Counted from the stretch's first letter, positions 34,200 through 45,431 are shown. The stretch is DNA of 64,000 bases from an uncultured Rivularia sp. (GCA_963665115.1 OY762007.1:1920001-1984000); one strand, 5' to 3'. Numbers and translations are program-made. The notes: generated from the letters alone by a model not told the origin.

Positions 34200-35888
34200 A
34201 TGAACAGTTTGTTTGATAAATGGACTAGCACACTGAGAAAATCTTGGCTGTTGCTGGTTCTATCTGTATTGTTATCTATATTTGGTATCAGTAATTATGG
34301 TTGGACTGCGGAGCGAATTTATGCATCTTATTCAGCATTTCAACGTTCTATTTCTATAACTGCTTTAGAAGAATTTGCCCTTAATGGCGAAATTGGCGAA
34401 GAAATTGCGGTGTATACGCAGTATCTAAAACCGGAACAAATAGCAGAATTACGGCAAGTTTTGACAAGTCAGATCAAAGTACATCCCGCAGCGGTATCGC
34501 AGTTTCTCTATACCTCGCAAGGGGAATTTATGTTGCGACGGTTGGGGGAAGTAATTAGAACCGAATCGGGTGAGAGTAAGCCGGGATTTTATGCTTTGCG
34601 ATCGGCTTTAATTTTAGCTGCCGATGAGCCGGAAGGTTTAACTTTATTGAATGTATTGCGAAAGTATCCAAGCTCCAGCATGGATATCGATTTAGCGCGT
34701 ACATTGCAGATAGCAGAGCAATTAGAAACGCTAGTAAATGAAACTAATAAGGCTGTCGCAGTAGTTTCAGCTAAGTCTGATACGGAAGCTGTTATTCCAA
34801 CTGCTCAAACAGCAGTCAGCGTTAATAATTTACCCAACTTAAATCGTAGGGGAAAGTTTATTGCGAAAAAGCAAACATTAAAATTCTTTGATGTAATGCG
34901 TGGAAGGTTGTTATCAACCGACATTTATCTTCCTAATATTTCCTCCTCCGTACCTGTGATTGTGATATCACACGGTATAGGTACCGACAGCAGCAATTTT
35001 CGATATTTAGCCAATCATTTAGCAACAAATGGTTTTGCAGTTATTGTTCCCAATCATCCCGGTAGCGATACCAAACAAATAGAATCTTTATTAAATGGCA
35101 GCGCTTCTGAAGTCGCACAACCGGAAGAATTTATCAATCGCCCTTTGGATGTTAAATTTGTCCTCGATGAATTGGAGAAACTAAACAATACCGATTCACG
35201 CTTTAAGAAACGTCTGGATTTACAGCAAGTTGGAGTATTTGGACAGTCTTTTGGTGGCTATACAGCTTTAGCCTTAGCCGGAGCAAAAATTAATCTAGAG
35301 AAAATAGAAAAAGACTGCAAACAAAAAGCTTTAAAACAAACCTGGAATATGTCTTTACTGTTGCAATGTCGAATCCAGGAATTGCAAGCAAACAAACCAG
35401 TAAAGCAATATAACTTACACGATAAGCGAGTCAAAGCTGTAATCGCGGTGAACCCTATAACCAGCAGCATTTTTGGCAAAACCGGCTTGAGTCAAATAAA
35501 AACTCCGGTGATGATGGTTGCTAGCAGCGAAGACACAGTTGCACCGGCTTTATACGAACAAATTTTACCTTTCGCCTGGATTGCGAATCCTCACAAATAT
35601 TTAGTCCAGCTTGAGGGTGCAACTCACTTTTCCACTATCGGTGATGGCAAAGATAGTTCCGAGCAAGTTGGATTACCCTCGAAATTGATCGGTGATAATC
35701 CCAAACAAGCACAGAGCTACATGAGGTATGTGAGTTTACCTTTCTTTCAAAGCTATGTATCTGGAAACTTGCAATATCGTCCTTATCTTACATCAACTTA
35801 CATAGAAAGCATTTCTAAAAAATCTATGGATTTAAGTCTAATTCAGAACTTAACTACTACTGAAATTGCAAAAGCAGTGAATAAATGA
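34200..35888 (+). CDS. Secreted alpha/beta hydrolase with a DUF1400-like N-terminal domain
   Basis: Signal peptide, AERIYASY, VISHG, GQSFGG, GATHFS. Confidence 0.88.
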   Translation: MNSLFDKWTSTLRKSWLLLVLSVLLSIFGISNYGWTAERIYASYSAFQRSISITALEEFALNGEIGEEIAVYTQYLKPEQIAELRQVLTSQIKVHPAAVSQFLYTSQGEFMLRRLGEVIRTESGESKPGFYALRSALILAADEPEGLTLLNVLRKYPSSSMDIDLARTLQIAEQLETLVNETNKAVAVVSAKSDTEAVIPTAQTAVSVNNLPNLNRRGKFIAKKQTLKFFDVMRGRLLSTDIYLPNISSSVPVIVISHGIGTDSSNFRYLANHLATNGFAVIVPNHPGSDTKQIESLLNGSASEVAQPEEFINRPLDVKFVLDELEKLNNTDSRFKKRLDLQQVGVFGQSFGGYTALALAGAKINLEKIEKDCKQKALKQTWNMSLLLQCRIQELQANKPVKQYNLHDKRVKAVIAVNPITSSIFGKTGLSQIKTPVMMVASSEDTVAPALYEQILPFAWIANPHKYLVQLEGATHFSTIGDGKDSSEQVGLPSKLIGDNPKQAQSYMRYVSLPFFQSYVSGNLQYRPYLTSTYIESISKKSMDLSLIQNLTTTEIAKAVNK

Positions 35889-36079
35889 ACAATTATCAAT
35901 TATCAATTATCAATTAAGAGTATTATTTAGCTTTGATGGGTTTTTCGTGCCGACTTTAATCCTAAATCCGAGCGATAATCGCGGCAGGTAGAAGAATGGA
36001 TTACTAATTGTATTTTGATTAAGTACATTCACAGCTTGCGGCGAGTGATAATTGATTATTGTTAATTGATAATTGATTC

Positions 36080-36959
36080 GTGTTTGGTTTTTTAAATCTC
36101 GATAAAGCTTTTGATTGGGACTTCTCATGATTGTGTGGCGAAAACGCGCAAACTTTTAGGTATCAAAAAAATCGGTCACGGGGGTACTTTAGATCCTGCC
36201 GCTACTGGTGTTTTACCGATAGCTATTGGTAAAGCAACTCGATTATTACAGTATTTGCCTACCGAAAAAGCTTATAAAGCTACGATTCGGTTGGGGGTAC
36301 AAACTACGACTGATGATTTACAAGGAGAAATTATTTCTCAACAGTCTGTAACTAAGTTGAATTTGGAAACTGTAAAAATGGCTTTGAAGCAGTTTCAAGG
36401 TAAAATTGAGCAAATTCCTCCAAGTTACAGCGCTATTCAAGTTGATGGAAAACGACTTTACGATTTAGCACGCAAAGGTGAAAAAGTTGAAGCACCCGTG
36501 CGAAATGTAGAAATATTTAATATTGATATTTTGGATTGGCGAGAAGGTACCTTCCCCGAATTAGATGTGAATATAGCCTGCGGCGGGGGAACTTACATTA
36601 GGGCGATCGCCAGAGATTTAGGTGCAATATTAGATACTGGTGGAACTCTAGCAGCTTTGCAACGTACTGTTAGCAGCGGTTTTAATTTAGCAGATAGCAT
36701 TACTTTGAGTGATTTGGAAGCAAAGTTAGAAGCAGAAGAATTTCAACCAATGGTTGCCGATGCACCTTTACAGCATCTTTCTGAAATAACTTTACCTGCC
36801 ACGGAAGCGCTTAGATGGTGTCAAGGGCAGAAAATTTCCTTCGATAGTCAAGTATCGGAAGTAGCAAGAATTTACAACGAACAAAGGCTTTTCTTGGGAA
36901 TTGCTGAATTGAAAGATAATTTATTGATTCCGCGAATGGTTTTGGAAGGAGTTTCGTGA
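36080..36959 (+). CDS. truB: tRNA pseudouridine(55) synthase, with an apparent +1 frameshift at 36117-36119
   Basis: GTG start giving MFGFLNLDKAFDW, then TSHDCV after removing one G; GHGGTLDP, GTYIRAIARD. Confidence 0.94.
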
Positions 36960-36971
36960 AAAGGTTCTATC

Positions 36972-37088
36972 CGTCACCCTATAAGGGTGCGGCTATACAA
37001 ACAAAGCCCACCTTCGTGGGCTAAGAATTCTAATAGCCCACGAAGGTGGGCTTTGTAAATGTAGCCCCACTCTTCGAGAGTGAGGGCG
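36972..37088. repeat. Paired REP-like element with perfect 23-bp inverted arms
   Basis: ACAAAGCCCACCTTCGTGGGCTA (37001-37023) and TAGCCCACGAAGGTGGGCTTTGT (37034-37056). Confidence 0.85.
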
Positions 37089-37195
37089 ATTCTATATAAA
37101 AAATCCAAAAGTATTTTTGTCAAATAAACTACATTTATAAGAAACAATTATGAATTTATTGTTTCTACAAAACTAAAGATGATTGGGAATTAATT

Positions 37196-38941
37196 ATGTT
37201 TAGGCGCTTTCAAAATCGTCCCGCACCATTAGCAACTATATTTATATCTGTATTATGTTTTACTTTGATATATGGGTGTTTACCCAATTCGCAACCAGTT
37301 GCTGAAGCTTCGACGCTGCTAACGGAACCTTTTTTACAGTTACCAACCGAAAATTCAGTTAGAGTTGTTTGGTTTACTGAGTTTCCCGGAGAGAAAAATA
37401 CGGTTGTTTACGGTGAAAATCTGAAACAGACTACTGACGCTACAACTATTAAATTAAGTCACACTAGGGAAGATCAAAAATCCAGAGTTGGAAATCAAAC
37501 GGAAGACAAACAAGTTTATCAGAAACCCGTTAAACGCGATATTTGGCGACATGAAGCCGAAGTTACTGGTTTAACTCAGGGTAAAGAAGTTGACTATCAA
37601 GTTATTAGTAAACCCGAAAATGGTGGCGATGCAAAAAGTGAAGTTTATAAACTTGCACCCGCACCTCAAGCCGGTACACCGTTAAAAATTCTGCTTACTT
37701 CAGATCATCAGTTAAAACCAATGACGGCTGCGAATTTGCAAAAAGCAAAAGAAACTGTTGGGGATATTGATGCAGTATTCATGGCTGGCGATTTAATTAA
37801 TATACCAGACCGCGCTAGCGAATGGTTTGACGATAATCGCGGTGGTGCATTCTTTCGGGCTTTACAAGGCAAAGCTAATTATCAGATAGATAAGGATGGG
37901 GTAAATACAACTTATACTGGTGGCGAAATTATTCAAAATGCTCCACTTTTTACCGCTATCGGCAATCATGAAGTTATGGGAAGAAGAGGTAGAAGTGATA
38001 GTTTGGGTGATGAATATAATGATGCAATTCCTCGTGCAGTTGCAAAAAACTTATATGGTGAATCATCTTTAGAAGCCAATTCTTTTAATACCGATACCTA
38101 CGAAGAAATTTTTAGTTTACCTGAAAGTAAATCGGGAGGAGAAAAGTATTATGCAACAACTTTTGGTGATGTGCGTTTAGTAGTTCTTTATGCAACAAAT
38201 ATCTGGCGAGTTCCTAGTTTAGAACCCGATGCAAAAGGTAAATACCGCGAAAGAAAAGCTGATTTTGATAATCCAGAAAAATGGGGTTACGGACAGCATA
38301 TTTTTGAACCAATTGATAAAGGTAGTCCTCAATATAATTGGTTAGTTGAAGAAATTGATAGTCCGGAATTTAAACAAGCAAAATACAAAGTCGTCATGCT
38401 GCATCACCCAGTTCATTCCTTGGGTGATAATATTGTTCCAGCTTATACTAATCCAGTACAAACAATTGAAAAAGACGATAGCGGTAAAATTACGTCTATA
38501 AGTTACGAATATCCCTTAGAAGAAGATTACTTGATTCGGGATGTAGTACCTTTATTAGAAAAGAATAACGTTCAACTAGTATTTTACGGACATTCTCATC
38601 TATGGAATCGTTTCAAGAGCGAATCGGGAATACATTTCTTAGAATCATCCAATGTTGGTAATAGTTACAGTGCTTATTTAGGTGACAAAAAACGTAACGT
38701 ACCTCAAGGATACGAAGAGAAATATATTCAAGTCGGCGATCCAAATGGTTTAGAACCGATAATGCCATCAATTAAACCATTAAATGGCGAAGATGATAAA
38801 CCTATTCCTTATATTGCTAGTAATGAAATGACCGTATTTAGTATTTTAGATACGGAAAATGCTACGGTTAATAGCTATTATTTCGATATGACTAAACCTG
38901 AAGAGAAAGTAGTGAAATTCGATGAATTTAAATTGGAATAA
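37196..38941 (+). CDS. Secreted or lipoprotein metallophosphoesterase (purple acid phosphatase-like)
   Basis: TSDHQ, AGDL, IGNHE, LHHP, YGHSH; signal peptide ending in YGC. Confidence 0.88.
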   Translation: MFRRFQNRPAPLATIFISVLCFTLIYGCLPNSQPVAEASTLLTEPFLQLPTENSVRVVWFTEFPGEKNTVVYGENLKQTTDATTIKLSHTREDQKSRVGNQTEDKQVYQKPVKRDIWRHEAEVTGLTQGKEVDYQVISKPENGGDAKSEVYKLAPAPQAGTPLKILLTSDHQLKPMTAANLQKAKETVGDIDAVFMAGDLINIPDRASEWFDDNRGGAFFRALQGKANYQIDKDGVNTTYTGGEIIQNAPLFTAIGNHEVMGRRGRSDSLGDEYNDAIPRAVAKNLYGESSLEANSFNTDTYEEIFSLPESKSGGEKYYATTFGDVRLVVLYATNIWRVPSLEPDAKGKYRERKADFDNPEKWGYGQHIFEPIDKGSPQYNWLVEEIDSPEFKQAKYKVVMLHHPVHSLGDNIVPAYTNPVQTIEKDDSGKITSISYEYPLEEDYLIRDVVPLLEKNNVQLVFYGHSHLWNRFKSESGIHFLESSNVGNSYSAYLGDKKRNVPQGYEEKYIQVGDPNGLEPIMPSIKPLNGEDDKPIPYIASNEMTVFSILDTENATVNSYYFDMTKPEEKVVKFDEFKLE

Positions 38942-39000
38942 CAAGTTAATAATGTAGAGACGTAAAATTTTACGTCTCCTAAAATTTAAATAATAACGAG

Positions 39001-39109
39001 TTACAGCACATTTTATTTTGGAAAAGTACATTCGGACGGGCAGGGATGCCCATCCCACAAGAGTTTTATTACATAATTTTGTACTTCATTTACCTGCAAA
39101 GTGCTGTAA
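39001..39109. mobile_element. 109-bp MITE-like element flanked by a direct duplication of about 38 bp
   Basis: Both ends read TTACAGCAC-N14-AAGTACA in inverted orientation. Flanks 38963-39001 and 39111-39148 are near-identical. Confidence 0.75.
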
Positions 39110-39256
39110 TTAAAATTTACGTCTCCTAAAATTTAAATAATAACGAGTGGATTGAAATTTACGCCTTTTTTTAGAATAAATTAGTTGTTTAAAACGTTGA
39201 GATCCCCCCAACCCTCTTTTTAAAGGGGGCTTTTTATTAGTAATTTACTGCTTCTA

Positions 39257-39405
39257 TAAGTAGGTGGGTGGGAAAATTTATAACTATGTCATTGCGAGTG
39301 GAACGGAGTGAAACGAAGCATTCACCGAAGGTGTGGATCATCACAAGCACTTTGAGGATTTTACATTCCTTTACATAGTTTGGTTTATTCTAGCCTACCT
39401 ACTTA
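39257..39405. mobile_element. 149-bp MITE-like element
   Basis: Both ends read TAAGTAGGT-N16-AACTATGT in inverted orientation. Confidence 0.7.
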
Positions 39406-40006
39406 ATTGCTCAATAGCATTTACAAATGAAATAGTTGCAGCTTGTACTTCACCCGAAATATTTGAATCGGCAAGAATCCCATCTACATCAAGATTTTTA
39501 CCAAGCAGCGAAACTGCGATTGAGGCTTCAGGAACAATCCTTCCTGCCATTGTTGTAACGATTTCGGTAAGCTGGGCTTGGGCGTGAATTGCTCGCGGTG
39601 ATGCATTGAACAGCGCAACTGGCTTACCTATAAACTCTTCTCCACTCACCAACCAATCCAGCGCATTTTTCAAAACCCCCGGTATACCATGTGCATATTC
39701 TGGGCTTGAAATTATCAAACCATCAGCCCATTTTATCTGTAGCCGCAAATCTTTGACTGATAAAGGTATCTCTTCAATATCGGGATTGAAATGCAGTAAA
39801 TCGGCAAGTCCATGATACAACCTCATTTCTACGTTTTCTGGTGATAGTGCGATTACCTTCGGTAGAGCTTAGTCTAACGACTCACTGCGTGAAACGCTTA
39901 ACGCCGCGTTAAGTAACGAAGTATTTGAAGAAATTTTGCGAAGACTACCGGAAATCGCGAGAATTCGTATAGTTCGGGATTTGTTTGGTATTTTTGTAAA
40001 AGTCAT
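39395..40006 (-). pseudogene. NADPH-dependent FMN reductase interrupted by a 48-bp insertion carrying an in-frame TAA
   Basis: ATG 40006 gives ILAISGSLRKISSNTSLLNAA, then the insert, then IALSPENVEMRLY...ADGLIISSPEYAHGIPGVLKNALDW. The stop is at 39869-39871. Confidence 0.9.
39854..39901 (-). mobile_element. 48-bp micro-element inserted in HIP1 (GCG^ATCGC), SDR5-like composite
   Basis: Removing it restores both GCGATCGC and the reading frame; a second copy lies at 45461-45507. Confidence 0.9.
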
Positions 40007-40097
40007 TTATAAAACGCTCAGAGGTAAGTTTAAGAATAGCGTCTCTACAAGCTTTTTTAGATAAATATCAAATTAACTTTAATTTTCAGTTTGTAGC

Positions 40098-40111
40098 TGG
40101 GAACCATATAT
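40098..40111 (+). promoter_or_regulatory. Conserved upstream motif TGGGAAYCATATAT, copy 1 of 3 (others at 42821-42834 and 45597-45610)
   Basis: The motif begins 39-41 nt before the ATG of each of the three haemagglutinin-like genes. Confidence 0.6.
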
Positions 40112-40137
40112 GAGTCAGGCTTAACCCTTTTTATGAT

Positions 40138-42729
40138 ATGCCTCTTACTTTTGTTAAAAAATCTCTCCAAACCTCAAGCTGGTTAGGAATTCTAGCAATT
40201 TCGTTTTTACAAGCCCCAGTTTACGCTCAACTGGTTGAGGATGCTACCTTACCAACTCGCGTTAAAACTACAGATAATCTCAATTTTACAATTGACAGCA
40301 TTAACAATCAAAACCGCGTGGGGAATAATTTATTTCACAGTTTCAAAGAATTTTCTATTCCTACGGGTGGCTCTGCGGTTTTCAATAATTCTACGGATGT
40401 AGTTAATATAATCAATCGGGTAACTGGTGGAAATATCTCTAATATTGATGGATTAATTAAAGCGAATGGTAATGCAAATTTATTTTTAATTAATCCTGCG
40501 GGAATAGTATTTGGTAAAAATGCTCGCTTAGACATCGGTGGCTCGTTTTTCGGAAGTACTGCTGAAAGTATCAAATTTAGTGATGATATTGAATTTAGCG
40601 CTATTAGTACCATCACAGAGCCGTTATTAAGTATTAACGTCCCCCTTGGTTTGCAGATGGGGAGTAGTTCTGGTGGTATTAAAGTACAAGCTGATGGTTA
40701 TATTACTACTTCTAAGAATATCGATAATGGTGTCAATGTACTTGCTCCTTTTTTAGTTAACAGTTCAGATGGTTTGCGAGTTAAATCTGGAAATACTTTA
40801 GCTTTAATTGGTAGTGAAGTTTCTTTAAATGGAGGTATAGTAGTAGCCGATTCTGGAAGGATTGAATTGGCAGGTGCTCGTCAAGGTTTAATTAATATTA
40901 ATAATTCGACTACAAAAGATTTAGTTTTAGATTACAAAGGTGTAGAAAATTTTGGTGATATAAAACTTTCTTCTTTAGCTTTAGCAGATGCGAGTGGAAC
41001 TGGAAGCGGTTCAATTCAGTTACAGGGAAGAAATATTTCTATCAAAGATGGTTCTAGAGTATTTGTGCAAAGTCGGGGTAATACAGCGGGAGAAAAAATT
41101 AAATTAAATGCAACACAGTCTATAGAAATAGTCGGAACTCGTTCGGATGGAGATTTAGATGGTGGATTGTTAACCGAAACATTAGGAGTAGGAAATGCGG
41201 CGGAAATTACAATTTTCACTCCCGATTTACTTGTTTCTCAAGGTGCAAGAATAGTTAGTCGAACTTTTAGTTCTGCCAGAGGAGGTAATATTATTATTGA
41301 TGCTTCCAAATCATTACAAATCAGCGATTTTTCTTTTATAAATCCTGAGAATGAAACTGAAATTTCAACTTTAAACTTTAATTCCGGTAGTGCTGGAGAT
41401 ATTGATATTTCAACTAAAAAGTTATCAATTTTAGGTCAAGAGATTTCATCTGCTACCTTTGGTATTGGGGATGGTGGAAATGTTTCTATATCAATCGAGG
41501 AATTGACTATTTTGGATGGTGGAGTTATTGCTTCTGCAACTTTAGGATTTGGTAATGGAGGAGATGTAAAGATTGATGCAAAATCAATTAATCTCAAAGG
41601 TATTAACAATGATAATTTTTCCCCTAGTACTTTGAGCGCTTCGAGTCTTGCAGTCGGTAATGCAGGTAATTTAACTGTCAACACTGAAAGCTTGGTACTC
41701 CAAAATGGTGGTAGGGTTGATTCTTCTACTCTTGCTTTCGGTAATTCGGGAAGCGTAACCGTTAATGCTACTGATTTTATCGAAGTTAGCGGTACTGTAC
41801 CTGGTTCAGTTAATCCTAGTTTAATCATTTCCAGCGCCAATATTATAGATGAATCTTTCCGGCAATTCTTGGGATTACCTCCTATTCCGAGCGGAGATTC
41901 TGGAAACGTGAATATTAACACTCCTGTTTTAAAAGTTAATAATGGTGCGGAAGTAACTGTAAAAAACGATGGTACTGGTAAAGGTGGAATTTTGAATGTT
42001 GACGCTAATTCTATTCTTCTTAATAGTAAAGGAAAAATTACCGCATCAACTCAATCGGGTGAAGGAGGTAATATTGATTTGCAAATTCAAGATGGTTTAA
42101 TTATCAGAAATCAAAGTCTTATTTCTGCTGAAGCTGGAGGAACTGGTAACGGTGGAAATATTAATATCAATTCACCAGTAATCGCAGGATTAGAAAATAG
42201 CGATATTATTGCGAATGCAGTACAAGGTAATGGTGGAAATATCAATATTAATACTCAAGGCTTATTTGGTTTGCAGTTTCGCTCGGAGTTAACTTTAGAT
42301 TCCGATATTACTGCTAGTTCTCAATTTGGTGTTAATGGTATAGTTGAAATTAATAATCCCGCAATTGACCCCAGTTCCAGCTTGACACAATTACCAACAG
42401 ATGTAGTTGATAGCAGTCAAGAAGTTGCTAGTGGATGTAGCGTCGTCAATCAAGGAAATAGTTTTACGGCTGTCGGTAAAGGTGGTTTAGCTGCAAATCC
42501 TAATGAAGTTGTTGCAGAGGTTAATGTGTGGCGCGATTTACGGGATTTAAATGCTATTAACAGCGTAAAAAAAACAAGTATTCAAGTTAAAAAGGATTCT
42601 CCGAAACAAATTGTTGAAGCTACTGGTTGGGTTGTTGATAAAGAAGGAAATATCGAATTTGTTGCTCAATCTGAAAGTAGATACAGTTGGCAGAATGTGA
42701 GTAATTGCAAGGGTGAAGTAATTAATTAG
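40138..42729 (+). CDS. Filamentous haemagglutinin N-terminal (TPS) domain protein 1
   Basis: Signal peptide, NLFHSFKEFSIP, NIINRVTGG, NLFLINPAGIVFG, beta-helix G-N-I-x-I repeats, IVEATGW. Confidence 0.92.
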   Translation: MPLTFVKKSLQTSSWLGILAISFLQAPVYAQLVEDATLPTRVKTTDNLNFTIDSINNQNRVGNNLFHSFKEFSIPTGGSAVFNNSTDVVNIINRVTGGNISNIDGLIKANGNANLFLINPAGIVFGKNARLDIGGSFFGSTAESIKFSDDIEFSAISTITEPLLSINVPLGLQMGSSSGGIKVQADGYITTSKNIDNGVNVLAPFLVNSSDGLRVKSGNTLALIGSEVSLNGGIVVADSGRIELAGARQGLININNSTTKDLVLDYKGVENFGDIKLSSLALADASGTGSGSIQLQGRNISIKDGSRVFVQSRGNTAGEKIKLNATQSIEIVGTRSDGDLDGGLLTETLGVGNAAEITIFTPDLLVSQGARIVSRTFSSARGGNIIIDASKSLQISDFSFINPENETEISTLNFNSGSAGDIDISTKKLSILGQEISSATFGIGDGGNVSISIEELTILDGGVIASATLGFGNGGDVKIDAKSINLKGINNDNFSPSTLSASSLAVGNAGNLTVNTESLVLQNGGRVDSSTLAFGNSGSVTVNATDFIEVSGTVPGSVNPSLIISSANIIDESFRQFLGLPPIPSGDSGNVNINTPVLKVNNGAEVTVKNDGTGKGGILNVDANSILLNSKGKITASTQSGEGGNIDLQIQDGLIIRNQSLISAEAGGTGNGGNININSPVIAGLENSDIIANAVQGNGGNININTQGLFGLQFRSELTLDSDITASSQFGVNGIVEINNPAIDPSSSLTQLPTDVVDSSQEVASGCSVVNQGNSFTAVGKGGLAANPNEVVAEVNVWRDLRDLNAINSVKKTSIQVKKDSPKQIVEATGWVVDKEGNIEFVAQSESRYSWQNVSNCKGEVIN

Positions 42730-42859
42730 TATTTTTTTATAAATTTATATGTAGTGAGGAAATAAATATATTAATCAGAAAAAACTAATATCAAATGAGG
42801 TTTGATTTTTAACTAGAATGTGGGAACCATATATAAATCAGACTCTAGCATCTTTATAT

Positions 42860-45431
42860 ATGTTTATTCCCTTAATCCAAAAATATCTCCAAACCTCAAG
42901 CTGCTTGGGGATTCTAGCAATTTCATTTTTGCAAGCTCCAGTTTACGCTCAAGTAATTGAAGATGCTACTTTACCAACTCGCGTTAACAGTACGGATAAT
43001 CTCAATTTTACAATTGACAGCATTAACAATCAAAACCGCGCAGGAAATAATTTATTTCACAGTTTCAAAGAATTTTCTATTCCTACAGGTGGTTCTGCAA
43101 CTTTCAATAATTCTACAGATGTAGTTAATATTATAAATCGGGTAACTGGTGGCAGTATTTCTAATATTGACGGGTTAATCAAAGCTAACGGTAACGCAAA
43201 TTTATTTTTAATTAATCCTGCGGGTATAGTATTCGGTAAGAATGCTCGGTTAGATATCGGCGGTTCGTTTTTTGGAAGTACTGCTAATAGTATTAAATTT
43301 GCTGATGAGGAATTTAGCGCCGTAGATACGATAACAGAGCCATTATTAAGTATTAACGTTCCCCTCGGTTTGCAGATGGGGAGTAATTCAGCAGCGATTG
43401 AGGTACAAGGGAATGGCTACACTTCTCCTTCTAATGATACTGATTTGTTCACTCCTTTTATCATTACTAGCTCCGACGGTTTGCGAGTTAAGCTGGGAAA
43501 TACACTTGCTTTAGTTAGCGGTGGGGTTTCTTTAAATGGAGGTATCCTAGCCGCGAATTCTGGAAGAGTTGAGTTGGGAAGCGTGAAAGAAGGTTTAGTT
43601 AATCTCAATTCAAATCCACAAGGTTGGAGTTTAGATTACGATAACGTGCAAAACTTTGATGATATCAGATTTAATTCTCAAGCTTTAGCTGATGCAAGTG
43701 GTGTGGGAAGCGGTTTCAATTCAATTACAAGGACGAAATATTTCTATCAAAGATGGTTCAACGGTGTTTTTGCAGAGTCGCGGTTTAGAATCTGGAGAAA
43801 AAATCAAAATAAATGCAACAGAATCAATTGAAGTTGTAGGAACCAATTCAAATGGTATTTTGGCTAGTACATTGTTAACTGAAACTGTCGGTGCTGGAAA
43901 CGCCGGGGAAATTACAATTTCAACTGCAAATTTATTTGTTTCTCAGGGTGCAGGAATAACTACCAAAACTTTTGGGCTGGGAAGTGGAGGTGATATTAAT
44001 ATAGAAGCTTCCCAATTCATCGAAATTACAGAGTTTTCTCCTATTAACCCCAGTAATGATACTAAAATTTCTACTGTAAGTTTTCTTGATAGTAAAGCTG
44101 GAGATATTAGTATTTCCACTAAACATTTATCACTTGTAGGTCAAGATATTCAATCTATAAATTTTGGTATTGCCAATGGTGGAAATATTTCGGTTTCAAC
44201 AGAAAAATTGGCAGTTGAAGATGGTGGAGTTATTGCTTCTTCAACTGTAGGAATTGGTTCGGGAGGAGATGTAAATATTGATGCGAAATCGATTGAACTA
44301 GTAGGTATAAATTTTGATAATTTTACAGCTAGCACTTTGACTGCTGCAACACTTGGAAGCGGAAATGCAGGTGATGTAAATGTTAATACAGAGAGTTTGG
44401 CACTTCGGGATGGTGGTAGGGTTGATTCTTCCACGTTTGCTTTTGGAGCAGCAGGAAGCGTAACTATTAATGCTAAAGATTTTGTAGAAGTGAGCGGTAC
44501 AGTGCCAGGTTCTGTTAATCCTAGTTTAATTATTTCTAGCGCCAATATTGTAGATGAATTATTGCAACAGGCTATAGGAATACCAGCTATTCCCAGCGGA
44601 GATTCGGGAAACGTGAATATTAACACTCCTGTTTTAAAAGTTAATAATGGTGCGGAAGTAACTGTAAGAAATGATGGAAAGGGTAAAGGTGGAATTTTAA
44701 ATATCAATGCTAATTCTATTCTTCTCAACAGTAAAGGAAAAATTACCGCATCAACTCAATCTGGTACTGGTGGAAATATTGATTTACAAATTCAAGATGG
44801 TTTAATTCTAAGAAATCAAAGTCTTATTTCTGCTGAAGCTGGTGGTACGGGTGATGGTGGAAATATTAATATCAATTCACCAGTAATTGCTGGTGTGGAA
44901 AACAGCGATATTATTGCGAATGCAGTACAAGGTAATGGTGGAAATATCAATATTAATACTCAAGGCTTATTTGGTTTGCAGTTTCGCTCGGAGTTAACTT
45001 TAGATTCCGATATTACTGCTAGTTCTCAATTTGGTGTTAGCGGTACAGTCGAAATCAATAATCCTGCAATTGACCCTAGTTCCAGCTTGACACAATTACC
45101 ATCTGATGTAGTTGATAGCAGTCAACAAATTGCCAGTGGATGTAGTGTAAATCAAGGAAATAGTTTTACTCTTGTTGGCAAAGGTGGTTTAGCTGCAAAT
45201 CCTGAAGATGTTATTTCAGAAGTAAATGTATGGCGAGATTTACGCGATTTAAATGCTATTAACAATGGTAAAAAAAGGAGCGTTCAAGTTAAAAACGATG
45301 TTCCGATGAAAATTGTTGAAGCTACTGGTTGGGTTGTTGATAAGCACGGGAATGTTGAATTTGTAGCTGAATCTGAAAATCTAGATAGTTGGCACAAGGC
45401 GAGTAATTGTAAAGGGGAATTAAGCAGTTAA
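42860..45431 (+). CDS. Filamentous haemagglutinin domain protein 2, with an apparent +1 frameshift at 43714-43716
   Basis: Paralog 1 reads GGAAGCGGTTCAATT where this gene reads GGAAGCGGTTTCAATT. Confidence 0.9.

Noticed and set aside
35910..36060. Possible small gene or ncRNA between the hydrolase and truB
   Set aside because: I could not recognise any protein motif or RNA family; it is left unannotated.
39317..39347. Further micro-insertion in a degenerate HIP1 (GCA^ATCAC) inside the second MITE
   Set aside because: The hairpin is present, but the site is degenerate and the boundaries cannot be fixed without an empty copy.
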